64,000 nucleotides of DNA from Desulfomonilia bacterium (GTDB lineage: Bacteria; Desulfobacterota; Desulfomonilia; UBA1062), in the NCBI GenBank assembly GCA_050014195.1, contig JBEKDT010000007.1:32001-96000 (forward strand), read 5' to 3'. The translations under genes and the position numbers were made by a program. The notes under the pieces are model-generated. The model was not told where the DNA came from, ran no database searches, and saw only the letters and a list, made by a program, of their open reading frames with translations. Shown one piece after another: positions 39,289 to 50,036 of this stretch (position 1 is the stretch's first letter; each line of letters begins with the position of its first letter).

Positions 39289-42219
39289 TCATGAATTTAT
39301 AATCCACGCTGCGTTAGCAGCACCGCCTCGCCGAACATATTCAAGACCATAAAGCATGAGATCAGCAAGATGTTCGTCTATTTGGCTTTGCGCAATTCCT
39401 GGCTGTACTGCATACACATCGAAAAAGAGCTTATTTGCAGGAGTATCCTTGAGAATCCTTTGCAGGATTGGGAAATCTCCCACGATGAATCGGGAAGGGC
39501 AACTGTGACGGTGTTCATTGATCCTGTGTTCAACATGATTGCAAAGAACAGAGGCTTCGCAATAAGCTACAGATTTAAGCACTTGCCCGGCCACTTCACA
39601 TACATCGTCAAAGCGGCCACCTGAGGGAGAACCTCCCGCCCCTTTGCAGTGATATAAAGATACACGAAAAATCTCGTCTTCACATTTCGTTATGGCTATA
39701 AAGTCAGCAGCCTCTCCACTACGGTGGTCATAAATCAGGGCCTGAAGACCAGCCAAGTTCTGAAGGTGATGCTCTAGATACTGATGAACCGTCATTTGCC
39801 CGTTAGCCCTTGCTTCATCGCATTCAACCTGGATTGCACATCCGTCCCAGTCTAAAATTGTTGTATCGTCGGGAGCGAGAGTAGCAGCAGTTATTTTTGG
39901 TGGACGCATTAGGTTCATTCCTTCAAAAGAGGATTTATCTGCTGCGTAAAATATCGGTGGATGCATTGCCATCCATGTTCCTATAGGCATCCAGTCGTCT
40001 AAACCTGACAAAATTTCAATGGTCCAATCCTGCGAGTCCTGCTTGACTAGAACCCCACCAGTGAGTGTAAAAATGAATTTTGTAGCGAATGAATCATTGC
40101 CGATTTCGAAACGAAGAAACTGTTTATCGTCTGAGGTATTGAAGTTAGCAAATTCAAGATCAGTGACCTGTGAATAATGCCATCCATCTTCATTCTCGCG
40201 TCGGTACCTGACTCGAGGAGCGGATCGATAAGCTACCTTGTTCCAACCGGCAGCGATGATTCTTTCGGGAATCTTTTGTAATAATCGTGCATGTTGCACT
40301 ATATCGAGTTGAGAGGCTGCAATCTCATCATCACCGTTAAGTCGATTGTTTAAAATGGTTATCCAATCAAGATATTCAGCAACCGTAAGTCGCTTATTAC
40401 TCCAAATTCGCGAACTACTACTTGCACCAATTGTTTCTCGTTCCTGGTTAGAAACTCCACTGCCGAAGAAGTGCCCTTGGACATATGCCCGACCATCGCC
40501 AGCCGTCACTGCCCGCTCGGCGTGTGGTCCGGTAAGCATTCTATAAGATTCAGCCTGAGTGTTAATTGCTGTGTTCTTAAATCCAAGATTGTAAAACCGA
40601 AGCCCTGTGAGTCCAGCAAGTGCTCGGCGTGTAACTTCATAGCTTAATGGACGATGTTTTTCTGGACAGACTGTTTCCATCAGTTCCAGATAGATTCTTT
40701 TAGTTCGTCTAGTAGAACCAATAAAACAAAGCCTCGTGGCATCATTGAATGCTAGAAGGAATGCATCGTGTCGTGAATTAGCCAAAGCGTCTGAAGCAGC
40801 CCAGTCGGGTGGAGAGTGATCTATAGTAAGAAGGAGGGTAATCAGACCATCTTCGGAAATCCATTGTTTTACGAGTTGCAGATTCCTCCCTACAATAGGC
40901 TGGACTGCTGAAAAATCCGGTTTTTCGCTGCAATGAAAAATCTGGGCATGCGCATAAAGTTTTAAGAGTAGGGGCGATACTGCGTCATAATCTGACAAAG
41001 CTTGTTTCTTTACTTTCAGGATTTGAAGGATTTCTCTATCGGCTTCAGCTTCCGCTACTTGAGCCTGTGCAACATCATCAATCAATTCTGCCACATCGAC
41101 GCCTTCTTGGAAGAGCTTGAAAATTGCGTCTTTTAACTTACTGATAGGCGCAATCAGCGTAGCGTCTCCTGTACTAACATCATTTGTACGGGCGAAACGG
41201 CCAATAAATTGCAGTGTGGGTACAAGTGATCTATGTGGCTCATGTAAAGCTGCTATCTTGAGCTTCGGAAAATCGTATCCCTCGCCAAACATGTCCACGC
41301 ACACCACCCCATCAAGCTCTCCATCAATAAGTCGTTTTTCGATCACATCCTGATATCGCCTTGATACATGACTAGCAATGGCTTCAATATTTGCCCCGAT
41401 ATCGGCGTATACCTTAACCAGTGCCTTTGCTGATTTGATGGAACCAGTCCGAGCGAAGATGCGATGATCGAATCCAGCCGTACGGTCTCTTGAGAGCTGT
41501 TCGAAAGCCAACTGTGCGACGGACTGCTCAATCTCCGACTCGTCTTGATCATTGACAACGGGAGCAGCCATGAAACGTACCTTACCAAATGCTTTCTCAC
41601 GAGATGCTTTAGTGACAGGATAGCAATAGGCAAGGCGTCCAGGAATTGGTAGCCGATCACGCCTAAATGGAGTAGCAGTGAGGAATACAAATCGTGCTTC
41701 CGAGAAGTGTTCAAGGTATGCATTCCATGTTTGAGCTGGTGCATGGTGTGCCTCATCAAGGATGATCAAATCAAAAAGGTCAATAGGAGGATTCGGCGCG
41801 AGGCTAGGAGAGGTGCTATTAGGAGTTGAGACAACGATGTCAACCTTCCGCATATTATCCCATTGGGCTTCAGAAGTAGGTCTTCCTTTTTGCCCAAGAA
41901 CCTTGGGATTAGGAAACATATCATCTACAACACTGATCTTATGAAGGATTGATAATACTCTAAAATGCCCAGTAGTTTGCTTGCGTAAAGCATCAGATGG
42001 TTCCACTATAAGTAATCGCCTGGACTTGAGTATAAAAGGTAAAGCCATCATTACAGCTGTTTTACCATAACCAGTTGGAAGCGAAAGCAATGCAGGCTCC
42101 TCGTAAACAGAAAAATGCGACATCACAGCATGCAATGCACCCAATTGGCCTGGCCTGAAACCATTGTTTGGCGAGGTTAGTAGCCGAATAGATAATGAGT
42201 TGTCTTCAAAGTAACCCAT
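39289..42219 (-). CDS. SF2 DEAH helicase with putative C-terminal nuclease domain
   Basis: PTGYGKT, DEAHH, TATP, EGYD, QFIGRFAR; C-terminal D..SGEAADFI...YHCK. Confidence 0.85.
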   Translation of the reverse strand: MGYFEDNSLSIRLLTSPNNGFRPGQLGALHAVMSHFSVYEEPALLSLPTGYGKTAVMMALPFILKSRRLLIVEPSDALRKQTTGHFRVLSILHKISVVDDMFPNPKVLGQKGRPTSEAQWDNMRKVDIVVSTPNSTSPSLAPNPPIDLFDLIILDEAHHAPAQTWNAYLEHFSEARFVFLTATPFRRDRLPIPGRLAYCYPVTKASREKAFGKVRFMAAPVVNDQDESEIEQSVAQLAFEQLSRDRTAGFDHRIFARTGSIKSAKALVKVYADIGANIEAIASHVSRRYQDVIEKRLIDGELDGVVCVDMFGEGYDFPKLKIAALHEPHRSLVPTLQFIGRFARTNDVSTGDATLIAPISKLKDAIFKLFQEGVDVAELIDDVAQAQVAEAEADREILQILKVKKQALSDYDAVSPLLLKLYAHAQIFHCSEKPDFSAVQPIVGRNLQLVKQWISEDGLITLLLTIDHSPPDWAASDALANSRHDAFLLAFNDATRLCFIGSTRRTKRIYLELMETVCPEKHRPLSYEVTRRALAGLTGLRFYNLGFKNTAINTQAESYRMLTGPHAERAVTAGDGRAYVQGHFFGSGVSNQERETIGASSSSRIWSNKRLTVAEYLDWITILNNRLNGDDEIAASQLDIVQHARLLQKIPERIIAAGWNKVAYRSAPRVRYRRENEDGWHYSQVTDLEFANFNTSDDKQFLRFEIGNDSFATKFIFTLTGGVLVKQDSQDWTIEILSGLDDWMPIGTWMAMHPPIFYAADKSSFEGMNLMRPPKITAATLAPDDTTILDWDGCAIQVECDEARANGQMTVHQYLEHHLQNLAGLQALIYDHRSGEAADFIAITKCEDEIFRVSLYHCKGAGGSPSGGRFDDVCEVAGQVLKSVAYCEASVLCNHVEHRINEHRHSCPSRFIVGDFPILQRILKDTPANKLFFDVYAVQPGIAQSQIDEHLADLMLYGLEYVRRGGAANAAWIINS

Positions 42220-42478
42220 AACAAGTCCTCCAATACCTTCTTTCTCATTTTCTTAAGTAGGTGCTGAAAACCTTGTAGATATTACTTCTTCAATATCGGT
42301 CCGTCCATCCTACACGGAAGAAAACCAATCGAATAGAAAATGGAACAATTTGTTTTTTCATAGGAATCAATTCCTTTAAATTAAAGTCCATAAGATGTTA
42401 TATTATATATTATTTTATATTATAATATATAATTAATTATTTCAATTTGTTACTTTGATCCAGAAAAGAGGATTAGTA

Positions 42479-43426
42479 ATGCCACTATACAAGTATGTAA
42501 CGCCTGAAAGAACTGATATTTTAAAAAATGGGTTAATTCGCTTTACACAGCCAGTAGCCTTCAATGATCCTTTCGAAACCTTGCCATGTTTTTTGGGTGG
42601 TTTACCAGACGACATTGTAAAAGGTCTTCTTGAGGATAATCTAGCCGATCCGAATCTATATAAAGGAACACTATTATCAATTTTTAAAACAGAAATGAAC
42701 AAAAGACACCCGGAAACAATAGTCCCAGCTGAGGCTTGGGATGTTATTAACAATTTAATTCCCGCTAAGGATGCTGCAAAAATAATGCAACCTATTGCTT
42801 CCATAGTATCTAATCAATTTGCTCAATTCATGGGCGAAGGAGATTTATTTAAGAAATATACCCTCAAATCTGTCTTAAAATCAATAAATAAGGATTACGG
42901 CTTATTATGTTTAGCGGAAAACCCCAATAACCTCCTCATGTGGGCTCATTATGCAGCTAGCCATACTGGATTCGCAATTGAATTTAATGAAAAACACCCT
43001 TTTTTCGACAAACGGGAAAAACAAGAAGAATTAGGTCGTTGCCTGACAAAGGTTACTTATACAAAAGTGAGGCCAAAAACATTCCTTCTTGATCCAAAAA
43101 TTGAGGAAGAACAATTCCGAAAGAGGTGGGCTCACGATATTTTCTTCACGAAGAGCGAGCATTGGGAATATGAAGAAGAATGGCGCATGTTGGAGTTCTT
43201 GAAGAATTGCTCTCATATCGAACGAAACGAACCCTATGATATCTGTTTATTTCCAATACCATTTGATTGCATTACGGGTGTTATTTTCGGTTGCAGAGCT
43301 TTAGATAATCTGAAATCTGATATCGGGCACTTGAAGCAAACAAATTCTTCCTATTCGCATATACAACTTTTTGAGGCCTATATTGATGAAAAAGAATACA
43401 TGCTTAATTTCAGAGCTATTATTTGA
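42479..43426 (+). CDS. DUF2971 domain protein
   Basis: LYKY, FNDPFE, MWAHYA..HTGFAIEF, KSEHWEYEEEWR. Confidence 0.85.
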   Translation: MPLYKYVTPERTDILKNGLIRFTQPVAFNDPFETLPCFLGGLPDDIVKGLLEDNLADPNLYKGTLLSIFKTEMNKRHPETIVPAEAWDVINNLIPAKDAAKIMQPIASIVSNQFAQFMGEGDLFKKYTLKSVLKSINKDYGLLCLAENPNNLLMWAHYAASHTGFAIEFNEKHPFFDKREKQEELGRCLTKVTYTKVRPKTFLLDPKIEEEQFRKRWAHDIFFTKSEHWEYEEEWRMLEFLKNCSHIERNEPYDICLFPIPFDCITGVIFGCRALDNLKSDIGHLKQTNSSYSHIQLFEAYIDEKEYMLNFRAII

Positions 43427-43460
43427 CCCTACAAATTACCTCATATCCTCATAGCCTTAA

Positions 43461-43556
43461 TTACTAATAAGTGCGTTATTAACTGAACTTATTATGGGCT
43501 TGGAAGTGGCTAAATAAGCCATACTCGAAACCTCCCAATTATGCACTTATCAGTAA
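43461..43556. mobile_element. MITE-like remnant with 20-bp terminal inverted repeats
   Basis: TTACTAATAAGTGCGTTATT versus reverse complement TTACTGATAAGTGCATAATT (17/20). Confidence 0.45.
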
Positions 43557-43675
43557 CTCGGATTTAACCCTCTAAGTTAGAGATCCTTCCTGATAGTTGG
43601 ATGGTTTATCTTTGATGTCGAGCACGTAATTCTCTCTGATTATGTAAGACCTGGTATTTTTAATCACTTCGGGTT

Positions 43676-43757
43676 TATTCCCAGCAGCTTGCTGCGAATG
43701 GCCTGTTCCTTATAAAAGGTCTTTTATACCCCGCTGCTTGCGGCGGGGTAGTTTATT
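43676..43757. repeat. REP / IS200-IS605-end-like hairpin pair
   Basis: GCAGCTTGCTGC and TACCCCGCTGC-TT-GCGGCGGGGTAGTTTATT hairpins about 50 bp apart. Confidence 0.5.
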
Positions 43758-43981
43758 AGATTGTGGTCCTTACGCTCTGATAAAAGTGCTGAATTGTATT
43801 TCGATTTCATTCGATGATTATAAATCTTTTGGATCTAGAAAAGCTCTAATACGTTAAAGATATCTAGTATTTTATTTAATTACAAAAACCAATATGTTAT
43901 AATTTGATAGTATACCCTCGCCAATAAGGGCAAAGCAACATACCCGTTTAAATGATCCTCTAAGATTCAGGGAGGTCTGAA

Positions 43982-44200
43982 ATGAACAGAGGTGGTTTCT
44001 CTTGGAAGAGAGCTTTAGGGGTCTCGGCCGCCAAATCCCGCATTTCCCGACAGATCGGCATTCCTTTAACCAAGAGCGGCCGGGAGAGAAAGATCGGAAA
44101 AATAGTAACGGGAAGTGGCTGTCTTGTTGTAATTACTAAATGGGCAGCAGTTCCAGCAGCTGTAGGGGCATTTTTTATTTTATTTTTTGCTAATTTATAG
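43982..44200 (+). CDS. Small basic hypothetical protein with C-terminal hydrophobic tail
   Basis: GGAGG RBS; GFSWKRALGVS..K..ISR..GIPLTKSGR.RKIG. Confidence 0.75.
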   Translation: MNRGGFSWKRALGVSAAKSRISRQIGIPLTKSGRERKIGKIVTGSGCLVVITKWAAVPAAVGAFFILFFANL

Positions 44201-44278
44201 AGGCTATATTACATTGATAGAATTATTAATTTGCTCTCTATTTGATTGAATAGTGAGACTGATGGAGAAAAATGGATA

Positions 44279-46534
44279 ATGGGTGATTCTTTTTGGACCT
44301 TTGTTATCATCTGTTTAGTTATTTACTTTATCTACAAATATACAAGATCCAACAATGTAAAACGTACAAAAGAATCATATCCGGAACAACAGGAAATCAA
44401 AGTCAACATCAGCGTTTCTGGGTCAAGTAGCTATAAGACGGATCGATATGGTCCTCCAAAGGGGTCTCCGGCCATATGGTATGGATATGATCAAAGTGTT
44501 ATTGTCTGTGGGTTCAAGATTCCGCATGGATTGATCTATGTAGGGGAGGTCCTTCTTGATAGCGCCGGGTATGGTAATGACGCCTGTCTTATCAATCCAA
44601 AACTTGATGTAGTGCCTGCAATATCTTCATTTATCAGCCCTGAGATGGGGTACTGGCCAAAGTACGAAAGCATCCCGGCACAATGCCGTGGAGCTTATTT
44701 GTCATGGCTTGCAGGGGACAGAAGGGACCCCCAGGCCAATATTGGTTACGTTTTTCTGTTCTTTTATGGTCTTGAACGAAGGTTGCTCCTGGACAGGATG
44801 AAAACAGCCCTCTCTGAACAAGACCATGCTGCCATTGTTGCTGAAATAGGCAGGTTGCTGGAAATATACGGAGAAAATCATTCCTTCCGTGGATATGCCA
44901 AAAACCTTCTGGCTCTTGATTGGACAATGAATTATCCCGATCAGACCTTCCCTGATTATATTGATATATACGACAGGTTTTGCATTGAACCATTCAAGAT
45001 TACACTTGCTAAGATCGTGGATGCGGGGAACCCAGTGCCAGCAGATATAGCCCTTCAATGGTTTATTCTGCATCCTGAATTTCATGTGAAAACACCAGTT
45101 CGACGCTGTCCAAAAGAATTCAGGGCACTCTTTCTTCGTAAATATTTCGGTAAATTTGGTGAAGGGATCATAGTAAAGCCGAATAAAACCAAGCTGAAGT
45201 TTCAATTGTTTACGGCGAGTCCTTCGCTGAGAGGTATACTTTTGAAGGTCAAGATGCCAGAACTTCCGGACCCTTTTCTTTTGACTGGTCCCATGAATAA
45301 AATAAGCCCATTAATAGAAGAATGTACGGTTTCTTTGGAACCGTACAGCCGCTATCTCGGACGCAAGGAAAACGATCCCAACTCTCTGTCTGCTTTGGCG
45401 TTACTTCCCCAAGAGCTCACAAGCCAAAATTCTTCCTTATCCCGGATAAAAACGATTCTTACCGAAAAGTGCCTGGGGGGTTTTGGTGTTATCCCTACAA
45501 AGGACCTGTACAGCTGTCTCGGTGAAACGATACCTCCGCAGATCGGCAAGAAAGATGCAGAGAACCTGTCCTCATTACTTGAATCGATTGGATTTGGGAT
45601 AGCACCGGATATGCGTTTTCACAACATCAAGCCAGTTACTGACGGCAAAGTTTTGATCTTCCCACAGGAGACCGTTCCCCAACCATCGAAGTCTTATTCC
45701 TTGATGAGTGTGATCATACGCCTTGGGGCTATAGTCAGCCAGATAGATGAGGAAGTGACTCAGTCCGAGGAATCAACCTTGCAAGACTTCATCCAGGGAA
45801 ATGCAGATTTGTCGCCACTTGAGAAGACTTCATTGCACGCCTTTTTATATTGGGCACTACGAACACCGCAGAGTGTTTCAGGCATGAAGCAGAAGCTGTC
45901 TGATGCCAGCCCGGTAGAGAAAAAGGCGATAAGCAGGATTTTGATATCTGTCGTACTTGCGGATGGGCGCATAGATCCGAGAGAAGTAAAGCAGGTGGAA
46001 AAACTGTATGCAACCTTAGGGCTGGACAAAGATCAGGTGATAAGCGACATCCATAATCTCTCGTTCGCAACAGAGCCGGTCACAGTGGGCCAGCGTGAAG
46101 CCGAAGCATCTTTTACCATCCCGAAACCTGCAACTGGGGTTGAATCAAAGCGCTTCAGTTTGAATGACGCCTTGATCAGGATCAGGGAGGAAGAGACCCA
46201 ACAGGTAAAGAGCTTGCTCGAAGATATCTTCACGGAAAAGGAAGATGAAAATCTAGAAGCAACCTCTGTACCAGGGGCCGGAACAATCAAAGTCACGCCG
46301 ATTTCAGCATTGGACCAGGCTCACCTGAATCTTTTCAATTTCCTGATCTCCAAGGAGAAATGGGACAGGGAAACGCTCCATGATAAATGCAGAGAAATGG
46401 GCCTGATGATCGACGGGGCAATGGAAGTCCTCAACGAGTGGTCCTTTACCTACGCGAATGCCCCGCTTATTGAGGACGGCGACCCCGTTTTCATTGACGT
46501 ACAACTTGCAAGGGAGATAGTCGATGGCCAGTGA
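44279..46534 (+). CDS. sngA: Shango SngA-like protein (TerB_N + TerB + TerB_C)
   Basis: N-terminal TM, YWPKY...AYL.WL, YVFLFFYGLERR (TerB_N), ADGRID..E (TerB), GAMEVLNEW (TerB_C). Confidence 0.88.
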   Translation: MGDSFWTFVIICLVIYFIYKYTRSNNVKRTKESYPEQQEIKVNISVSGSSSYKTDRYGPPKGSPAIWYGYDQSVIVCGFKIPHGLIYVGEVLLDSAGYGNDACLINPKLDVVPAISSFISPEMGYWPKYESIPAQCRGAYLSWLAGDRRDPQANIGYVFLFFYGLERRLLLDRMKTALSEQDHAAIVAEIGRLLEIYGENHSFRGYAKNLLALDWTMNYPDQTFPDYIDIYDRFCIEPFKITLAKIVDAGNPVPADIALQWFILHPEFHVKTPVRRCPKEFRALFLRKYFGKFGEGIIVKPNKTKLKFQLFTASPSLRGILLKVKMPELPDPFLLTGPMNKISPLIEECTVSLEPYSRYLGRKENDPNSLSALALLPQELTSQNSSLSRIKTILTEKCLGGFGVIPTKDLYSCLGETIPPQIGKKDAENLSSLLESIGFGIAPDMRFHNIKPVTDGKVLIFPQETVPQPSKSYSLMSVIIRLGAIVSQIDEEVTQSEESTLQDFIQGNADLSPLEKTSLHAFLYWALRTPQSVSGMKQKLSDASPVEKKAISRILISVVLADGRIDPREVKQVEKLYATLGLDKDQVISDIHNLSFATEPVTVGQREAEASFTIPKPATGVESKRFSLNDALIRIREEETQQVKSLLEDIFTEKEDENLEATSVPGAGTIKVTPISALDQAHLNLFNFLISKEKWDRETLHDKCREMGLMIDGAMEVLNEWSFTYANAPLIEDGDPVFIDVQLAREIVDGQ

Positions 46535-47846
46535 TCCAACAAAACGTATACGCCCTCGTGAGCGTGATGCAATTATCCAATCCCTCCGGGCCGGGGTAAC
46601 ACCACGTACAGGCCTGCAGCATATCCAGGTCGGAAGGGTTCGTGAAGTAGAGGCCTTGCTCAAAGATATCGAGCGTATATCAGATGGGGGATCTTCTTTT
46701 CGTCTTATAATCGGCGAATTCGGTTCAGGTAAGACCTTTTTCCTGCAATTAATACGCACAATCGCTTTGGAAAAAGGTCTCGTGACGGTTCATGCCGATC
46801 TTTCGCCTGACAGACGGCTCTACGCAACCGGAGGCAAGGCGAGGAACCTCTATGCAGAGCTCATGCGAAATGTCTCGACACGAACCAAACCGGAAGGCAA
46901 CGCACTGAGCAGTGTTGTCGAGCGGTTCATCACAGAGGCAAGAAAAGAGGCCGACCAGGCAGGTGCAGCGGTTGCTACGGTTATTTCAAACCGGTTGGCA
47001 AATCTTTCCGAACTTGTTGGCGGTTATGATTTTGCCCACGTGGTGGGAGCATATTGGAAAGGGCACGATCAAAATAATGAACAGCTCAAGTCGGATGCCC
47101 TTCGTTGGCTCAGGGCTGAATTCACCACGAAAACCGATGCCAGGAACGCATTGGGCGTGAGGACGATCATAGATGATTTCAATTTCTATGACAGCCTGAA
47201 GCTCATGAGCTTGTTTGTCAGGCAAGCCGGCTATAATGGCTTGCTGATCAACTTGGATGAAATGGTCAATCTCTATAAACTTTCCAGCCAAGCTGCCCGC
47301 GTATCGAACTATGAGCAGATCCTGAGGATACTCAATGACTGCCTGCAAGGCAGCGCACAGTATATTGGCTTCATCATGGGAGGCACTCCAGACTTCTTAT
47401 TCGATCCCAGGAAAGGTCTTTACAGTTATGAAGCCTTGCAATCAAGGCTTGCTGAGAATGCATTTGCCAAGAAAGTAGGGGTGGTTGACTACACATCCCC
47501 GGAACTGCACCTGGCCAATCTTGCCCCGGAGGAGCTGCTGATCCTGCTGAGGAACCTACGGCATGTCTTTGCCAGTGGTGATCCCTCAAAATACCTTGTC
47601 CCGGATGAAGCGCTGACTCTTTTCCTGGCTCATTGCTCCAAACGCATTGGCGACGCTTACTTCAAGACGCCCCGCAATACCATTAAAGCTTTCGTGGACC
47701 TTCTTGCTACTCTGGATCAAAGTTCCGGCCTTGTTTGGAACCAGTTGATAGATCAGGTACAGGTGACTGAGGAGATCTCGACGGATATGCCTGAGATCAA
47801 CATTGAAGATAACGGAACAGACGAGTTGGCCAAGTTTTCCATCTGA
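46524..47846 (+). CDS. sngB: Shango SngB-like P-loop ATPase (DUF2791/BrxD-like)
   Basis: SLRAGVTP..G...IQVGR, GEFGSGKT, LDEMVN, YEALQSRL; overlaps sngA. Confidence 0.88.
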   Translation: MASDPTKRIRPRERDAIIQSLRAGVTPRTGLQHIQVGRVREVEALLKDIERISDGGSSFRLIIGEFGSGKTFFLQLIRTIALEKGLVTVHADLSPDRRLYATGGKARNLYAELMRNVSTRTKPEGNALSSVVERFITEARKEADQAGAAVATVISNRLANLSELVGGYDFAHVVGAYWKGHDQNNEQLKSDALRWLRAEFTTKTDARNALGVRTIIDDFNFYDSLKLMSLFVRQAGYNGLLINLDEMVNLYKLSSQAARVSNYEQILRILNDCLQGSAQYIGFIMGGTPDFLFDPRKGLYSYEALQSRLAENAFAKKVGVVDYTSPELHLANLAPEELLILLRNLRHVFASGDPSKYLVPDEALTLFLAHCSKRIGDAYFKTPRNTIKAFVDLLATLDQSSGLVWNQLIDQVQVTEEISTDMPEINIEDNGTDELAKFSI

Positions 47847-47858
47847 GCCGGGTAATCT

Positions 47859-50036
47859 ATGAGCGAGTCTTCTGGCTTCAACAAGCTGCACCCGGGAGTA
47901 CAGAAATGGATATGGAACCAGCAATGGACTGAACTCCGTGACATTCAGGAGCGTTCAATTGAACCGATTTTATCCGCAGACCGTGATGTTGTAATCTCTG
48001 CATCAACAGCTGCCGGGAAGACAGAAGCGGCATTTCTCCCGGCATGTTCAAGTATAGCTAGTAGGTCTCCTGATGGCATAGGAATCTTGTATATCAGCCC
48101 CCTGAAAGCACTGATCAATGATCAGTACCGGAGGCTTCAGGGTCTTTGTGACATCCTAAATCTGCAGGTGACCCCGTGGCATGGGGATGTTCTTCAGTCG
48201 AAAAAGGAAAAACAGAAAAAGAAGCCTGGCGGTATTGTGCTAATAACCCCTGAATCTCTGGAATCTCTTATGTTGAGCAATGCAGGGTGGTGCCAGCAGG
48301 CTTTTAAAGGGCTATGCTATGTCATTATCGATGAGTTTCACGCCTTTATCGGGACAGAGCGTGGCTGCCAACTGCAATCCCTTATGCATCGCATAGAATT
48401 CCTTCTTCAAAGAGACATACCAAGAATAGCTTTGAGCGCAACGCTGGGAGATATGGAGCATATCGCTCAGTACTTGAGGCCCCTTAAAAAATTACCATGT
48501 GAAATCATCGAATCAACGTCTCTGAAATCAGATCTGAAGATCCAGCTTCGAGGGTATGTTTCTCGCTCGTCTGATAATGAAGAAACAGCTACGGTCAGTG
48601 ATGAGATAACCGATGATCTTTACAGAAACCTCCGCGGCAAATCGCACCTGATCTTTGCCAACAGCCGGGCAAATACAGAATTGTTTGCTTCAAAACTCGC
48701 TGACTGCTGTGAAAGGGACGGAGTTCTCAATGAGTTCTTCCCACATCATGGGAGTCTTTCAAAAGAGTTTCGAGAGGGCCTTGAGAAAAGATTTCAGGAG
48801 ACCAAACTACCTACCTCCGCAGTCTGCACCATGACCCTTGAGCTGGGGATCGATATAGGAAGTGTCGACTCAATAGCTCAAGTGACAGCACCGCATTCAG
48901 TTACCAGTCTTCGCCAGCGTCTCGGGCGATCAGGTCGCAGGGGAGATGCAGCAGTTCTCAGGATGTTCATTGCTGAAGAGGAACTCTCAGGTAAGATCCA
49001 TCTCATTGACCGATTGCGAATGGAAACATTCCAATGCATTGCCATGGTCAATTTGTTGCTGAAAAAGTGGTATGAACCTCCCATTTCGAATCAATATCAC
49101 TTATCAACCCTTGTACAGCAGACTCTTTCTGTCATTGCCCAGTATGGAGGGGTACGGGCCAATCAACTCTGGACTCTTTTATGTGAGACCGGACCTTTCT
49201 CTCTGGTCGATCAGACGGCATATGGTAATTTTCTCCGGGCTCTCGGTCAAAAAGGCATGATTACCCAAATGCAGGATGGGCAATTGGTACTCGGACATAA
49301 AGGAGAGATCCTGGTGGATCATTTTACCTTCCTATGTGCTTTCAATACCCCTGAGGAATACCGGTTGGAAAGCAACGGGCATGTTTTAGGCTCATTGCCG
49401 ATTGATAAGCCTTTGATGGTTGATCAGATGATAATTTTTGCAGGGAAGAAGTGGAAAGTTTTGAGTGTGGATCCGGGGAAAAAATTGATTATGCTTCAGC
49501 CAGCCCCTAGTGGCCACCCTCCACAATTTGACGGTGGGCCTCAGACTGTACATGATATCGTGAGACAGGAAATGCTATCTGTTTATCGTCTAGGGATTGT
49601 ACCAGTTTACCTCGATAAGGTGGCAAAGGAATTCTTTGAGGAAGGAGTTGATTTTTTCAAGGAACTTCATCTGGATAAATTGCCTGCAATACAAATGGGG
49701 AGTTCTGTATATGTTCTCCCATGGCTCGGGGATAGGATTACGAGTACAATAAATATCCTTCTTAGAAAAGAAGGGCTCAAGGCTAATAGCTACTGTGGCA
49801 TTATTGAGTTAGAGGGCATTTCTATTGAAGGTTTGCATGATGCCATAGGAAGTATCCTGAATGGTCCTAAACCATCTCCTGCTGATTTAGCGAAGGAGAT
49901 CCCAGATACATTCGTAGAAAAACATGACTGGTTGCTCCCTAAAGAAATGCGTGAATTGGGCTATGGAACAAGGTTCTTTGATATTGATGGAGCATGTAAG
50001 TGGATGAATGTCAAAATAAGATGCAAATTTAGTTGA
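47859..50036 (+). CDS. sngC: Shango SngC-like Lhr-type DEAH helicase
   Basis: TAAGKTEA, SPLKALINDQ, DEFH, LSAT, HHGSLS, LELGIDIG, QRLGRSGR; third gene of the operon. Confidence 0.88.
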   Translation: MSESSGFNKLHPGVQKWIWNQQWTELRDIQERSIEPILSADRDVVISASTAAGKTEAAFLPACSSIASRSPDGIGILYISPLKALINDQYRRLQGLCDILNLQVTPWHGDVLQSKKEKQKKKPGGIVLITPESLESLMLSNAGWCQQAFKGLCYVIIDEFHAFIGTERGCQLQSLMHRIEFLLQRDIPRIALSATLGDMEHIAQYLRPLKKLPCEIIESTSLKSDLKIQLRGYVSRSSDNEETATVSDEITDDLYRNLRGKSHLIFANSRANTELFASKLADCCERDGVLNEFFPHHGSLSKEFREGLEKRFQETKLPTSAVCTMTLELGIDIGSVDSIAQVTAPHSVTSLRQRLGRSGRRGDAAVLRMFIAEEELSGKIHLIDRLRMETFQCIAMVNLLLKKWYEPPISNQYHLSTLVQQTLSVIAQYGGVRANQLWTLLCETGPFSLVDQTAYGNFLRALGQKGMITQMQDGQLVLGHKGEILVDHFTFLCAFNTPEEYRLESNGHVLGSLPIDKPLMVDQMIIFAGKKWKVLSVDPGKKLIMLQPAPSGHPPQFDGGPQTVHDIVRQEMLSVYRLGIVPVYLDKVAKEFFEEGVDFFKELHLDKLPAIQMGSSVYVLPWLGDRITSTINILLRKEGLKANSYCGIIELEGISIEGLHDAIGSILNGPKPSPADLAKEIPDTFVEKHDWLLPKEMRELGYGTRFFDIDGACKWMNVKIRCKFS

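Noticed and set aside
46524-47846. BREX system (BrxD-like ATPase)
   Set aside because: No pglX/pglZ/brxC; the flanking TerB protein and Lhr-type helicase fit Shango.
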